From the NCBI GenBank assembly GCA_008636045.1, contig SNRW01000055.1:1-33981 (forward strand): DNA of 33,981 nt, written 5' to 3'. Position 1 is the stretch's first letter. Each line of letters begins with the position of its first letter. The notes under the pieces are model-generated. The model worked only from the letters and a program-made list of their open reading frames with translations. It made no database searches and was not told the DNA's origin. This document shows positions 1 through 11,462 of this stretch, one piece after another. Source of the DNA: Streblomastix strix (Eukaryota). Position numbers and translations under genes: made by a program.

Positions 1-53
1 TTTTGGACCAGCTTTTTTTGATATAGAGATTAGTGCTTAAATTTTCGGAACAC
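1..53 (+). repeat. 53-bp exact direct repeat, copy 1 (copy 2 at 8738-8790); may extend left of the window
   Basis: ttttggaccagctttttttgatatagagattagtgcttaaattttcggaacac is identical at 1-53 and 8738-8790; the two copies diverge immediately afterwards. Confidence 0.95.
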
Positions 54-54
54 A

Positions 55-1902
55 GGATTTTATCTGAGATTTAAAGATTAGAACAGTTAATAGAGATTAG
101 AAGAGAATAAAATGATAATTCCATTTAGAGGAACGAAAGAACAGAAAGAAGTCTACCAAAGGATGTTGAAGGAAGAACCAGATGAAGGAAAAGTAATGCC
201 TATATAACAGAACCAAATAAAATAGTGGAATCGTACATATCTAATAAAGAAATCTAATGGAACATAGAGAAAAATTCTGGATGCGAGTAAGTTGAATAAG
301 GAAAGTGAAATTTCACTTCTAAATGCATCGCTTACAGGAGGTGCAATACCTAGCTAATTAAATGGATTACGCAACATCCTTCGACCTCAAATCAGCATTT
401 CTCCACATCGCAGTATCTCTAAATTCAATACCGTATCTAGTATTTAATTTAATAATAATAATTATGCTTATAAAACAATGCCTTTTGGTACTAAACACAG
501 TCCAATCTTTTTTGCTCAAGCAATAGAATCAATCCTTAGACAAATAAAAATACATTCATAATTCAAAATATCTAACAACTGCGATGACATACATCTAATC
601 CACTAAGACAAATAAATACTGGAAACATAATCAATAGAAATAATGAGAACATTGGAACAGTTCGGATGGATAATATCAGAAGAGAAATGCGAAACAGAAC
701 CGAAATAGATAATAATATTCTTACGATGGATATTGAACCTAAGGTATATGAATATAAAAATATCAGAAGAAAGAAAGTTGAAAAAGATACAAGCATTAAA
801 GGACTGGTACAACGTAGTATATAAGAGTATATGCATGAAGATAAGATAACTAGCAAAGCTAATAGACAGATTAAACTTCCTTAGAACCCAGATAAAAGAA
901 GCGCCTCTTTATCTAATGGAATTAGACAAAGCAAAGACACAAGCGTTGAAGATAAAATCATGGGACGAAAGTATGATAATAAATAGAACAATAATCAGAG
1001 AACTGAAATTGTGGATAAAGAGAATAGGGGATAATCAACCAGAGTCATTGATTAATAAAACAAAAACAAGTATGCTAACAACAGACGCATCACCACAGGG
1101 CTGGGGAGCGACGCTGATATATGATAATCAAATGGAATTAATACAACACGACTGCAGGAGCGAAAAAGAAGCAGAAATGACAGGTAACGCAAAAGGAACT
1201 AAAGCAATTTTTTAAGGGCTACACCGTATCTAGCAAATCTGCAAGAAGATGCAAGATCAAGCAGTCTTTATACGTTCAGACAACACAACAGCAGTCTACG
1301 ATATTTGGAAATAGAAAGCGAAGGAATCCCTGTTAGAAAGAATATTACATGTATCTTACCTAGTGAAAAGACTTCAACTACAAAGCACAACCCAGGGAAG
1401 ATGAACTCAACAACAGATTCACTCTCGAGACTGTGCAGATCAGGAGACTACACACTGAAAGACGGAATGATTTAAATGATCTGTAAGACATAGAATTACA
1501 TTCCACAGATGGATATTTTCGCAACATAGTATAATAAACTAATCAATAACTATGTAAAAGTGGATCTCAACGATCTGGGGACACATTTCCATAATGCATT
1601 CAACTACAAGAGGAGCAAGGTCAAACTATACATCCATCCACAAATAACTAGTATTAAATTGAGTATTACAGAAAATGAAATAAGATAAAGCAGAGGGAAT
1701 AATAATATCACCGAGTTGGCTGGGACAATCGTGGTATACCAAGCTAAAGAATTTATCCGTGAAATTACTTTTCTTTGGATTATCAGAGAGAATTCTGGAG
1801 ATATGACAGATAATGAAAGATAAAGAACAAAAGCTTCAACCAGGCAATATGGGCTCCTTCCTTCTGGACCTGTCGCAGACGTAGGGAGAGACTTACTAAT
1901 GA
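55..1902 (+). pseudogene. DIRS pol: reverse transcriptase + RNase H + DNA N6-adenine methyltransferase-like domain, frameshifted
   Basis: With TAR=Gln: RT motifs LIKKSNGT.RKILDASKLN, SFDLKSAFLHI, YKTMPFGTKHSPIFF, degenerate YxDD (NCDDI, ~577-591), FGWIISEEK; RNase H TTDASPQGWGA, IRSDNTTAV, PGKMNSTTDSLSR; MT-like MDIFATQYNK, HNAFNY, LYIHP. Frameshifts near 315, 450, 1390 and 1640. Confidence 0.9.
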
Positions 1903-2966
1903 GATACATGAAGATGAGAGGATTCTCTTAAGAAGGAGTTAACTTATTATTTAATGGCCAATGGTTTAATAAAATTAGAAGAGACTTTTACTCATTAGCG
2001 TTATTATGGGATTGGTTAGATATAGAAAAAATAACAATCGAAGAAACGATGAAGAAAGATGCAGAAGTAATATTAACAGAAGTAGTCGCTTTCCACACAA
2101 GACAAAATAACTCAGTTGTATCAGCTAAATCACATAAAGCTTGCCTAACTGTAATGTTATCTCTTATATATAAAGAGAACTTAGCATCTTCAACAATCAT
2201 AAACCTAATTGACAAAGGATTACCAAACGCAACAATACTACACAGAAGATATCAAAACATTTGTAATGTCCATATACTATTCAACCACTGGGGATAATCA
2301 AAACAAGACAAATACTTAAACAACTATGACTTACAAGTTAAGATTGCCTCCTTATTGATATCATCATGCTTCTTCAGACCAAATGAAATAGCCGAAATAA
2401 GACTGAAATTTTCTAATGTTAATAAAACAAAGAATCAGGCACCATTAAGACTAGCATCAAAACAAGCAAATGCTATAAAAACGTATGAAGTATACGAGAC
2501 TGACAATGAAAAACTAAGTCCAAATCTAGCAATATATGAATGAATTAATAGACTAAAGAAACTATTTCCAAAAGGTACAGTGTTTTTATTGTGGCGTAAA
2601 GGTTTTAATAAACCAACAACTACAAAAGACATCAGTCTTCAATTTACAAAACTATTGAAAGAACTAAAGATAATTGGAGCATCAGCATCTTCAATACGAC
2701 ATTCAGCAACAACAGAACTTGCAAAGCTAGGTATCCCTGAAAGAGATCTCGCTACCTTTACACATCACTCCTAAAACTCACACACTGTCTAACAATACTA
2801 TATTTTCGCACCAACAGTGGGAGCCAATGATATAGCTAGGTCATTAACAAGAAATCCAGGCCGAGTTAATGAAAAGATAAACTAGGAATCTCAATAAAGA
2901 GGCGAGAAAAGGAAGGATGGGGGAAATAAATTATTATCCTCGTCTCTCTCGGAGACGGGGTAATGA
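1899..2966 (+). pseudogene. DIRS tyrosine recombinase (one in-frame TGA at 2541-2543)
   Basis: One frame joins track ORFs 2049, 2355 and 2580 when TAR=Gln; motifs CFFRPNEI (catalytic R), SIRHSATT, FTHHSQNSHTVQQYY (H/Y). Confidence 0.9.
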
Positions 2967-2999
2967 TTTGTTATCCCCGTATCTCCATATCTCACCTCT
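2898..2999 (+). other. Long imperfect hairpin overlapping the YR stop codon
   Basis: ggggaaataaattattatcctcgtctct (2920-2947) pairs with ggagacggggtaatgatttgttatcccc (2951-2978); outer agaggcgag (2898-2906) pairs with ctcacctct (2991-2999) with one mismatch. Confidence 0.75.
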
Positions 3000-4055
3000 G
3001 GCCCACCCAAAATATGTATCCCAACCCGAGGTGAAACAGAAATAAGGAGAAAATTCCTTAGAAAACTGAAGGATCGAACAAGAGGAATGATGCTGAAGGT
3101 GGGCTAGAGCGCATGGAATGATAATAATGAGATAAAAACATTACTCTGCCAAAGTTCGATAAGTAGCTAATGGAAGAAATAGAGAGTGCGAACCAGTTGG
3201 CCTTTATAACTAAATGAATTTGTGTGAATTATTTATAATATATTTATAGTTCACTTTATTTTTTTTAGAGAAATAATACTATCATGTGTTAGAAATGGAT
3301 ATGATTCTGATGATAAGTCTAATACAATGAAGTCATCAAAATCATCTAAAAAAAATTTAATCTAAAAAATCAAAATCATAATTATAGACCAATATCTCCA
3401 ACTAACAAATTATCAAGATATGATTCTTCAAATGATAAAAGAGATTCATGTGACCACTAAAGAGAATAATCCAGATAGAAAAATTGTTAATGAGGTAGAT
3501 TTGGAGGAATGCAGTGAGAATGGTGACAAAATTATGTAGTAAACTGAAATTTCAAAATTAGTTGATTTTTGACTATTTTTGATAATTTTTCTTGAATATT
3601 TTTGAAATTTGAAATGCATGTTTCAAGAAATATAAGAAAACAGTTAAAGATGAAAAATTCGTTGATTAGGTCGCATAATAAATAAAAAGAGAATGAAAAT
3701 GATTTAATTTTTGATGTGAATATCAACTGCAGAATAACGGAACAGGAAATTGTTCCACGTAAATATATGTACTTGCGGAATAGACGAATGAAGTGAATAA
3801 TATATGTGAAACAAGTAGAAAAAGGAACGGAACGGTCATTTTCAAAATTTTATATTATTTAATTAACGTTTAAAAATTTGATAAAAATTAAATATATATT
3901 TTTTTGGATTATTTTCATTTATCTTAAATTAGAGTTGGTCAGGTTTGTCTACTCACCATGCTGCTCCTTGCACGTGCGCGTAAATTATTTAATATTTGAA
4001 TAAATATTATCATCTTTTATGTATATTGATGGTTCCGCACTCAGACAACAATAAC

Positions 4056-4561
4056 AATACATAATTCCGAATTGGTTGATTTATTTTTCATTAAAATATT
4101 TTTTATTTAAATTTTCTTAATATTATTATACTTTAAGCGGCAAATGCTGGAGTAAAACGAGAAAAATCGAATTTTTCATTTTTCCCCTCAGTTCATTTTT
4201 ATGCTTTATTTAATTTTTTGTCAATCAATAAAAAATTTCTTTTAAATCATATTGCATGATTGAAATATAATTTATTTTTATAATAAGCGTTAATTTTCAG
4301 AAAAAAAATAAAAAAAAATAATTTTGCCTTAATGGTTGAGTATTATGTGATATTTTTATTAAAATATTATATTCAAAAATTAAAAATAAATAAATATGAT
4401 AAATTTAAAATAACCGCACGGGTAATTCGGGAGAAAAATGAAAAATTCGATTTTTCTCGTTTTACTCCAGCATTTGCCGCTTAAAGTATAATAATATTAA
4501 GAAAATTTAAATAAAAAATATTTTAATGAAAAATGAATCAAACAATTCGGAATTATGTATT
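4056..4561. mobile_element. Non-coding foldback/MITE-like element with 129-bp inverted repeats
   Basis: 4056-4184 is the reverse complement of 4433-4561 with 2 mismatches; ~248-bp AT-rich spacer; no clear target-site duplication. Confidence 0.75.
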
Positions 4562-4703
4562 AAATTGGGGTAGCAAATAGAAAATTATATTTTTTGCCGA
4601 ATTTTTTTGTTAATGCAAAATTATAATATTTACATTTATGAAAATTATTAGTTTAATTATTTTAAATATTTTTATCGAATAAAATTATCGATGATTGCTC
4701 TGA

Positions 4704-5940
4704 GAGGAATCTTCCAACTCACCAATAAAATTAGATTTAAATTCAAAATTAGAACAAGCTAATTTCATCAAATCAAGCGGATCAGAACCTTACTTAATTG
4801 TGTATGATAATTGTGTTATATTTACTGCATCATAAGCAAAAACTGGATTATTTCCTAATGGATATTTATTTAAAAGTTATTCTGAGAAACGGAGACCAAA
4901 AGAAGGTGATAAAGTGGTTGTATTAATTGGAACAGATACAACGAATAAAAATAGTACATTTTGTTAAATCAATTAGAATGTAACATTTAATATTAGTTCT
5001 TCATAGATACCATCAAAAACTGCACTCGTAATAAATGTAACTTTTTATAAGAAATATGAATTATCGAAAAAATAAATTATGATGTGAATGATGATGGAAA
5101 GGTTGATATAATGGATACATAGCATGTTAATGGCAAATGAACATTCAATACATAATCTCAAGTGTATGAAACTGTGAAAAAAAACCCTGATTTGATTGCA
5201 ACTGGATTGTTTGGTGATAATAAAGTTAATTATTTGAATAGTGATTTATAATTGATGGATAAATTAGCGACCTATAAAACAGATAGGACTGCATTCTTCA
5301 CTAAAGATGGACTAAATATTAAATTCAGTTTTGGTGCAAAATTAGGATGAATAATATAATAATGAGCTAATTCAGAAAATCGATAAACAGTTCATAGATT
5401 ATTTTAGACAATAACTTAAAAATTACTTCATCATAATCAAAAATTTATGCCAATTCCTGTAGAATAATAAGAATTCTCTGTTATGTGTTTATTTAAAGAT
5501 GTGTTCGATAAATCATAAGCTGTATTAGTTGCTGCTAGTGGAGTATTGAACATATATGATTGTGAATTTTAAGGAACATAAATACTTGATATCTATATGA
5601 TTTCGACGTCAAATGAAGAACCAAACGCATTTCCAACTGATCCCCATGAACCAGATTTTCACATTGATGAAATAATAATTATACAATATGGATAATTATA
5701 CTAATCATCAAAATAATATACAATAAATATTGAATATAGTAAATTTATAATTAATGATGTTTTCAGCTTAAATGCTCTAGCATTGAATAAATTCTATATT
5801 GTTGATAATGGTAAATGCAAAGTAAATGTATTTAAACTATATTTCTAATCAAAAGGAATGCAATGATTTAAAATTGAAGAAGTTGAAAGAATCCAGCAGC
5901 AATATATTAAAATGCTGGAGGTAGATCGAATGATTATGAA
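4704..5940 (+). pseudogene. Disrupted hypothetical protein(s) at the left of the viral cluster
   Basis: Open stretches with TAR=Gln, e.g. EPYLIVYDNCVIFTASQAKTGLFPNGYLFKSYSEKRRPKEGDK; DVNDDGKVDIMD; EFSVMCLFKDVFDKSQAVLVAASGVLNIYDCEF. Several frameshifts; function unknown. Confidence 0.45.
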
Positions 5941-6089
5941 ATGAATTATTTTATTGTTGTTTATAAATATTGTGCTAGTTGAATTACTTATGAAGCAGTA
6001 AATTGTGAAATTGCGTACTGTTTATATATCATTGATTCTATAATTCGATGTATTAACGTTTATTTTTGAGCATTAAAATTATTGTTGCA

Positions 6090-6330
6090 GGAATATTGAA
6101 CAAGTTGAAAAATTGGTCTAAGTCATAGGAAAAGAAGTCAGGTAGATGAAAGTTAAAGTAGTTAAACCAATATAGTCCATAATTAATGCACTTCTATCAT
6201 TTCTTGGACCAGCAGGAAGTATTGTTGCGAAAAGAATTAGTGTAGGATCATCAGCCGTTGATGCTTTATTTGGACCGAATAAATAATAATCAAAATAACA
6301 ATTCAGATAGGATTTAAGACATTCCGATAG
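6090..6330 (+). pseudogene. Small amphipathic-helix protein upstream of the capsid-like gene
   Basis: Translates as NIEQVEKLVQVIGKEVRQMKVKVVKPIQSIINALLSFLGPAGSIVAKRISVGSSAVDALFG; start codon not identified. Confidence 0.45.
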
Positions 6331-6394
6331 GATGATTACTTAAGGAAAAAGGTTCCGATTGATATAATTAGTAAACGTATACAGCATCTTGGAG

Positions 6395-8183
6395 ATGAGT
6401 TTCAGTGAATCATTAATCGAGTTAACTAACATATAATCAGATTATTTTTGCGCAATTAAACATGAATCGCTAGATCATGAAGACGCATATCCCAAAATCA
6501 CAGGAGAACTTGTAGACTAATGAGAATTTGTTAAGGTCATTCGCTATTCATCCGCTCTTGAACGCTGGATAATACCTTTTCTCAGTCAAAGAGATTTATC
6601 CAGAATCATAACTACCAGCACTATTTGATAAAGAAGCTGTCATCAATTTATCCGATTCTGATCATGATGTAACATAAATATAAAATTCATTTTTTACAAT
6701 TAAATTTAAAATGAAACTAATGTATGAAAATAAATTTGATAAATTTGATGATGCTTACAAAGCAGGTACATTAATATTTGTTGGATTGAAGAATTCTGCA
6801 GAATTGGTTAGAGAATCTCTTCTATATTATCGTGGAAGGGCAATTGATGGATCTCTCTAGAACGATGCAACATCTGAATCATTTATTTATAATACTATCA
6901 AACCAAAATCAGGGAAAAATAATAATAGATTTATCCATTCTCTTCATGAAAATATTCGTAAGGATGATATATCTTGCTGCGGTAGATACCTTAGTATTAA
7001 AGAAATTTCAGATGTACTTGCACTATAAACTTCATCTCCATATGCTATGCCAGTTGGTTTCACAGTGTCAATCTCTCTAGATGATTTACTCATTTTCTCT
7101 GCATTCTCTGACTATCCTAATAATTATTTGGTGATCTCAAAATGAAATTCAAGATTAATCCAAACGCATTCGTATTCTATTAAATAGATCCTAGTACTTT
7201 CAATGGCTAAATATTATACAATTAATAAAGATAAATTATTAAATTTAGGTTAAGATAAGCTTAAGGATATTAATCTATTCTTCCGCAACTGGAGTCTCAC
7301 ATTTTAATACACTAACATGTACACATAAATTAGATGCACTGCTGATTTGGTTACGGCAGTATGTGCTGAAGAACTAACTCCTTCAGGATTAAAAAATCAC
7401 GTTTATGATGTTAACCCAGTTACAGTATCTATAAGAAATTATATTATAGATGCTGTAACAGTAAATATGTGAGGATATAAAGCATCAGAAACTTGTCTTA
7501 ATCGTGTACGTTAATTCTCTTAAAATAGCCAATTTGTAGTTTCTTCATAATGAATTGAATTATAGTTATTTTCAAGTGTTGCATCATCAGCTTAAATAAA
7601 AACTACTTAAAATATATCTCTTTCTCATGTAATTGATATATGCTTATTATTCCCTAAGGATGCTAGACATGTTACTTGTTATGAAAATCCATGTTATTAA
7701 AATATGTAATCGTCCATATTAGGTAGAAATTTCCCAGATTTTCCAATGAATATTCTTAATGAATAATTCTCCACAATGTAATTATAAGCTAATAATCTGG
7801 ATAATATATTCGAAGGATGTGATGAATATGAAGATTCACTCGCAACTCCAATAGCTAGAAAAACAAGAAGAGACAATCCAGAAAGTGATTATACATCATT
7901 CTTTATCACTAAATAATGTGAACGTAATAGAAATGACGCATTAACATTTGATGGATTAGATTCTAAGAATTAGAATACTGCAATAGAATTAAAAAGACAA
8001 CCGATATTCGCTGGAGATGTTGATACTTATTATAACGATGATACTAATGGAAAACATCAACTTCTTCCAATTTTGTGTATAGTTTACGGTACTTTCTGGC
8101 TCTTTAGCCCTGTTGATGGAGGATCTTGCGTATATGATATAACACATTCATTTGATTAGGTTATTGGATAAGAAATTGCTTGA
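6395..8183 (+). pseudogene. Putative major capsid protein (double jelly-roll) of a Polinton-like virus, disrupted
   Basis: ~590 codons, beta-strand-like composition (IFVGLKNSAELV; VSISLDDLLIFSAFSDYPN; FGDLKMKFKINPNAFVF; ICLLFPKD; GRNFPDFP; TFDGLDS; LCIVYGTFWLFSP). Called from size and position in an ATPase/pPolB cluster; the fold is inferred, not computed. Confidence 0.62.
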
Positions 8184-8212
8184 TGTTGATGAATATTATT
8201 TTTTTTTATAAA

Positions 8213-8587
8213 ATGCCATTCGATATGCCTTCAGTTTCAAATGCAATGCGATTTAAAATAATATTAGATGATTGTACGTATGTAGATGGAATGTTAAAAA
8301 TATAGTTACCTTATGATTTTGTAAATTCAAATAATTAGTGAAAAATAATAATCTTATAATTTAAGATTCTTAATGTTGCTGGTATACACTTTATTTATTC
8401 AATATTAGTGCAAGAATAATAATATTACGATAAATTTGTAAGTTTTTGTAATGAAACTATAGTAATTTCTGAATTTTAATAAATAAATCATTAACTAAAT
8501 ATGTTGATTTGGTTCAAAGATGCTAATCAATAAAATACAGAATAAATAGATATAAATTTTGTAATTGAATTATAGCTTCAATATTGA
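8213..8587 (+). pseudogene. Small beta-rich protein, possible minor capsid (penton-like); internal TGA at 8339
   Basis: MPFDMPSV...KIQLPYDFVNS...LVQEQQYYDKFVSFCNE...LIWFKD...INFVIELQLQY*, 124 codons, directly after the MCP-like gene. Confidence 0.45.
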
Positions 8588-8737
8588 TTGAAAGCTAGTA
8601 TGTTCAATTTGAACGAACCAATTTGATATAGGAAAATTGATTATTTTTGAACGATTTTGAGGTGTGAACCAAATGATTCGTACTGATTATGAATGAGGAT
8701 ATTAATGCTCAAACTTTTGCCTCAATCAGCTGGACCT

Positions 8738-8790
8738 TTTTGGACCAGCTTTTTTTGATATAGAGATTAGTGCTTAAATTTTCGGAACAC
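8738..8790 (+). repeat. 53-bp exact direct repeat, copy 2 (copy 1 at 1-53)
   Basis: Identical to positions 1-53; lies in the intergenic region upstream of the KilA-N gene. Confidence 0.95.
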
Positions 8791-8887
8791 TTTAATGAGA
8801 AAAATTTTACCTAATAGAATAATTATTAAGCGTTAATTAACAATCGTTCGTTTAAATTTTCAAATCAAACTTTTTATCAATTAGAAA

Positions 8888-9737
8888 ATGGAAGGACATG
8901 CAACTCTTATCAGAAAAATTAGTTTAAACAATGAGACTTTCACAATTGGTTCTTACAACGGCTTTGAAATATTGATTCATGATAAAGATGGATATATTAA
9001 CACTACAAAACTACTGAATTAAATTAAAGATAGGGAACATTCAAATAAACAATTGAAAAATATACTAAACTCACAAATGTATTTAAATTATAAGAATTAC
9101 ATCATTTTAGGAGGTTAGTTAAGTTTCAGCCAACCCTTTGATTACATTCTTCCTACTTGTTTTATCAACGATCTTAGAGGAACATTAGTCTACGAAGAAT
9201 TGTTAAAAATCATATGCATGAATGTTTCAGTAACTCATCTACATGATGTAAATTATATAATGGATAAAATTAATGAAACAACTTTTGCCGAACATGAAGC
9301 CGATAAAACATAAGCAGTAGTAGATTAATTCCATAGTATAATTAATAAAGTTACTGATACGCTATCTAAAAGAATAACAGAATTGAATGTAATTATAACA
9401 TCATTAGTTCCAAGTGCTGTTCCAAAAAGTAAACGGAGAAGCTTTTGCATGATAGTTGAAGATGTTCAGTAATATTGCGATTAAATAGAGATATAAATTA
9501 GAAGAAAAATGAAGAAAACTATTAGCAAAGGGTTAAAAGAATACTACAAATATAATACACATTTATTCATCGATAACCTTTCGATCGCAACAATAATTAA
9601 TGGGACTAATAAAAGAATTGCATTCAAAAAGTGTTGGAATGAAAATAAAATCAACTAAATAAACATTTCCATATATCTGATTAGACAACATAATTGAATG
9701 AATTATAAAGATCGTAATTAAAGTTTAGGAAATATGA
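8888..9737 (+). pseudogene. KilA-N domain protein (frameshift near 9610)
   Basis: ETFTIGSYNGFEILIHDKDGYINTTKLL...LRGTLVYEELL matches the KilA-N GYINATK and GTYVH signatures; KilA-N is common in large eukaryotic DNA viruses and Mavericks. Confidence 0.8.
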
Positions 9738-9847
9738 GCTTTATTTATTTTTGTTTAATTGAAATGTCTTGTATACTATTCAATAATTAAATATTTAAAA
9801 AATATAAGTCCTAAAATAAAATTTAATTATAATCTGAACTAAAAATA

Positions 9848-10169
9848 ATGAATGGAACTGATGTGTAACCATTAACGTTTGATTCGACTGATGAATTCCG
9901 TTAAAATTATGCAGCTAATAAAGAATCTATTGATAAAATGCCATCTACAAAATTAAACAAATTTTAAAAAATAAAAAGGATATATCTTCACAAAATAGAA
10001 TGAATAAATAGTATTGAAATAAGCAAAACATAAGTCATCTGAACAGATAGAACTGGCTAGTCTATAAGAATAAATCAAAGAAATCAATGATAAATTAACA
10101 TATTTAATTAACTTCTTTGAATAAAGATATTAATCAACTTCATATGAAGATGATGAGTATGATCACTGA
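9848..10169 (+). pseudogene. Small hypothetical viral protein (~106 codons, probable frameshift near 9975)
   Basis: MNGTDVQPLTFDSTDEFRQNYAANKESIDKMPSTKLNKF..KIKGYIFTKQNEQIVLK, then a coiled-coil-like segment and an acidic end. Confidence 0.55.
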
Positions 10170-10170
10170 A

Positions 10171-10991
10171 TCAGATAATTCTTACAACTGTTCCATCATT
10201 ATTATACTGCATCAGTAATACTTCTCGCTTGCCTAATTGCACTTATTCATTCCATAATGTTTATTTATCAATTGGAAGACTCGATTAGTAGAAGAATTAA
10301 TTGAATTTTTGACTTAGGAATCTGTCAAAAATGTTTATTGTATCAACACTAGATTTATTACTAGCGTCCAAACCAATTACTTCTTGGAGATATAAGAAGT
10401 AAATGATTCTGGGCAATCAATTTTTGAATAATTTCTTAAATAATGGATTGTTTCTATTTTTGAAATACTCATTACATCATTGAACAGCACTATTGTATGT
10501 GGATATTTAATGGAAAAATCCTTTGCTCCAATGTTTAATAATATATCCTATTTTGATTCTTCTTTTATTTAATTCTCTAATTAATATTCAATATCATCAT
10601 CATATGCTTTCATACATTCAATCAATCCATCTAATGTTTCATCAACTTCAGCGTATGGAACTATTTTTGTTGGGATATATATTAAATCTTTCATTTTCTT
10701 ATAAGCAATATCTTTATTACTATCAGTAACACATATGAATAATGCTTAACATTAACTTGGTAGTTAGCTCAATTTGATTAGCTCTTTGAATACATTATAT
10801 GACTTACCGCTTCCACGTTATCATATGAGCAGATTGATAGAATTATACGAGAAATTTAGTTCATTACGAATGATCGATTATATTTCATGTTTATTAGTTT
10901 TCTATTTATTAAGCAATTGATCAATGTATGCAGTTAAAGATATTTGTTTGTTATTAAATACTTCATTCGGTTATGAACGTTTTCTTGTTAT
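10171..10991 (-). pseudogene. A32/FtsK-like genome-packaging ATPase, disrupted
   Basis: Minus strand: SINLLI*QRGSGKSYNVF (Walker A, first Gly codon is TGA at 10821-10823), HTIVLFND (Walker B-like), KLFKNRLPRIIYFLYLQ (Arg-finger and Q motif region). Start codon not intact; frameshift near 10465. Confidence 0.82.
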
Positions 10992-10995
10992 CAAA

Positions 10996-11420
10996 ATGAG
11001 TACTGTAGAGTTAAACAATGAAATTATAGAAATTTGGGGAAATGTAACGGATAATGATGAATTCTTTAATGAACTAGGTGATGTGGAGTAGTAAATACTA
11101 AATTAGCATAGACACAGAGGTCTAGAAAGTAAAATGAAGAATTAACTAGTTTAAACGAAACAGCAAAAGCATTTCGAAGAATTTAATAAAAATATATGAC
11201 CCCAATATTATAAATGTCTCCAAGTCCTTTATAAACTTATTTTGCTAGTTAACCATAAATAATGACTTAAAATCAACTAGCATAATCACTTCGGATTTAA
11301 TAAACAAAATAATAACCAAAAGAATAAGCGACAGAATAAGTATAATAATCAACATTTATCAAGAATCAAAACATGGCTTAAGCGTAAATGTCGAAGATTC
11401 AATTTTGGTAAACAGGATGA
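10996..11420 (+). pseudogene. Hypothetical Gln-rich viral protein, disrupted
   Basis: MSTVELNNEIIEIWGNVTDNDEFFNELGDVEQQIL... then a Q-rich tail after a TGA and a frameshift near 11200. Confidence 0.4.
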
Positions 11421-11462
11421 GGATAACAGATAACTGAAATATAACAAGTAATCGTTGGTAAA

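Larger units (their letters stand above)
54..3200 (+). mobile_element. Degenerate, 5'-truncated DIRS-like tyrosine-recombinase retrotransposon (RT-RNaseH-MT, then YR); boundaries approximate
   Basis: RT, RNase H and methyltransferase-like motifs followed by an overlapping tyrosine recombinase ORF is the DIRS1-group domain order. No gag or terminal repeats are seen in the window. Confidence 0.88.

Noticed and set aside
572..2632. Minus-strand hydrophobic track ORFs over the DIRS element
   Set aside because: Antisense shadows of A-rich plus-strand RT and YR coding sequence.
1899..2966. Tyrosine recombinase as the integrase of the neighbouring PLV
   Set aside because: It overlaps the end of the RT/RNaseH/MT ORF in standard DIRS arrangement, so it belongs to the retrotransposon.
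3270..3790. Possible exon or gene fragment after the DIRS element, and a CTGATGA hammerhead-like core at 3307
   Set aside because: The frame is interrupted by TGA with no recognisable motif, and I found no flanking stems to support a ribozyme.
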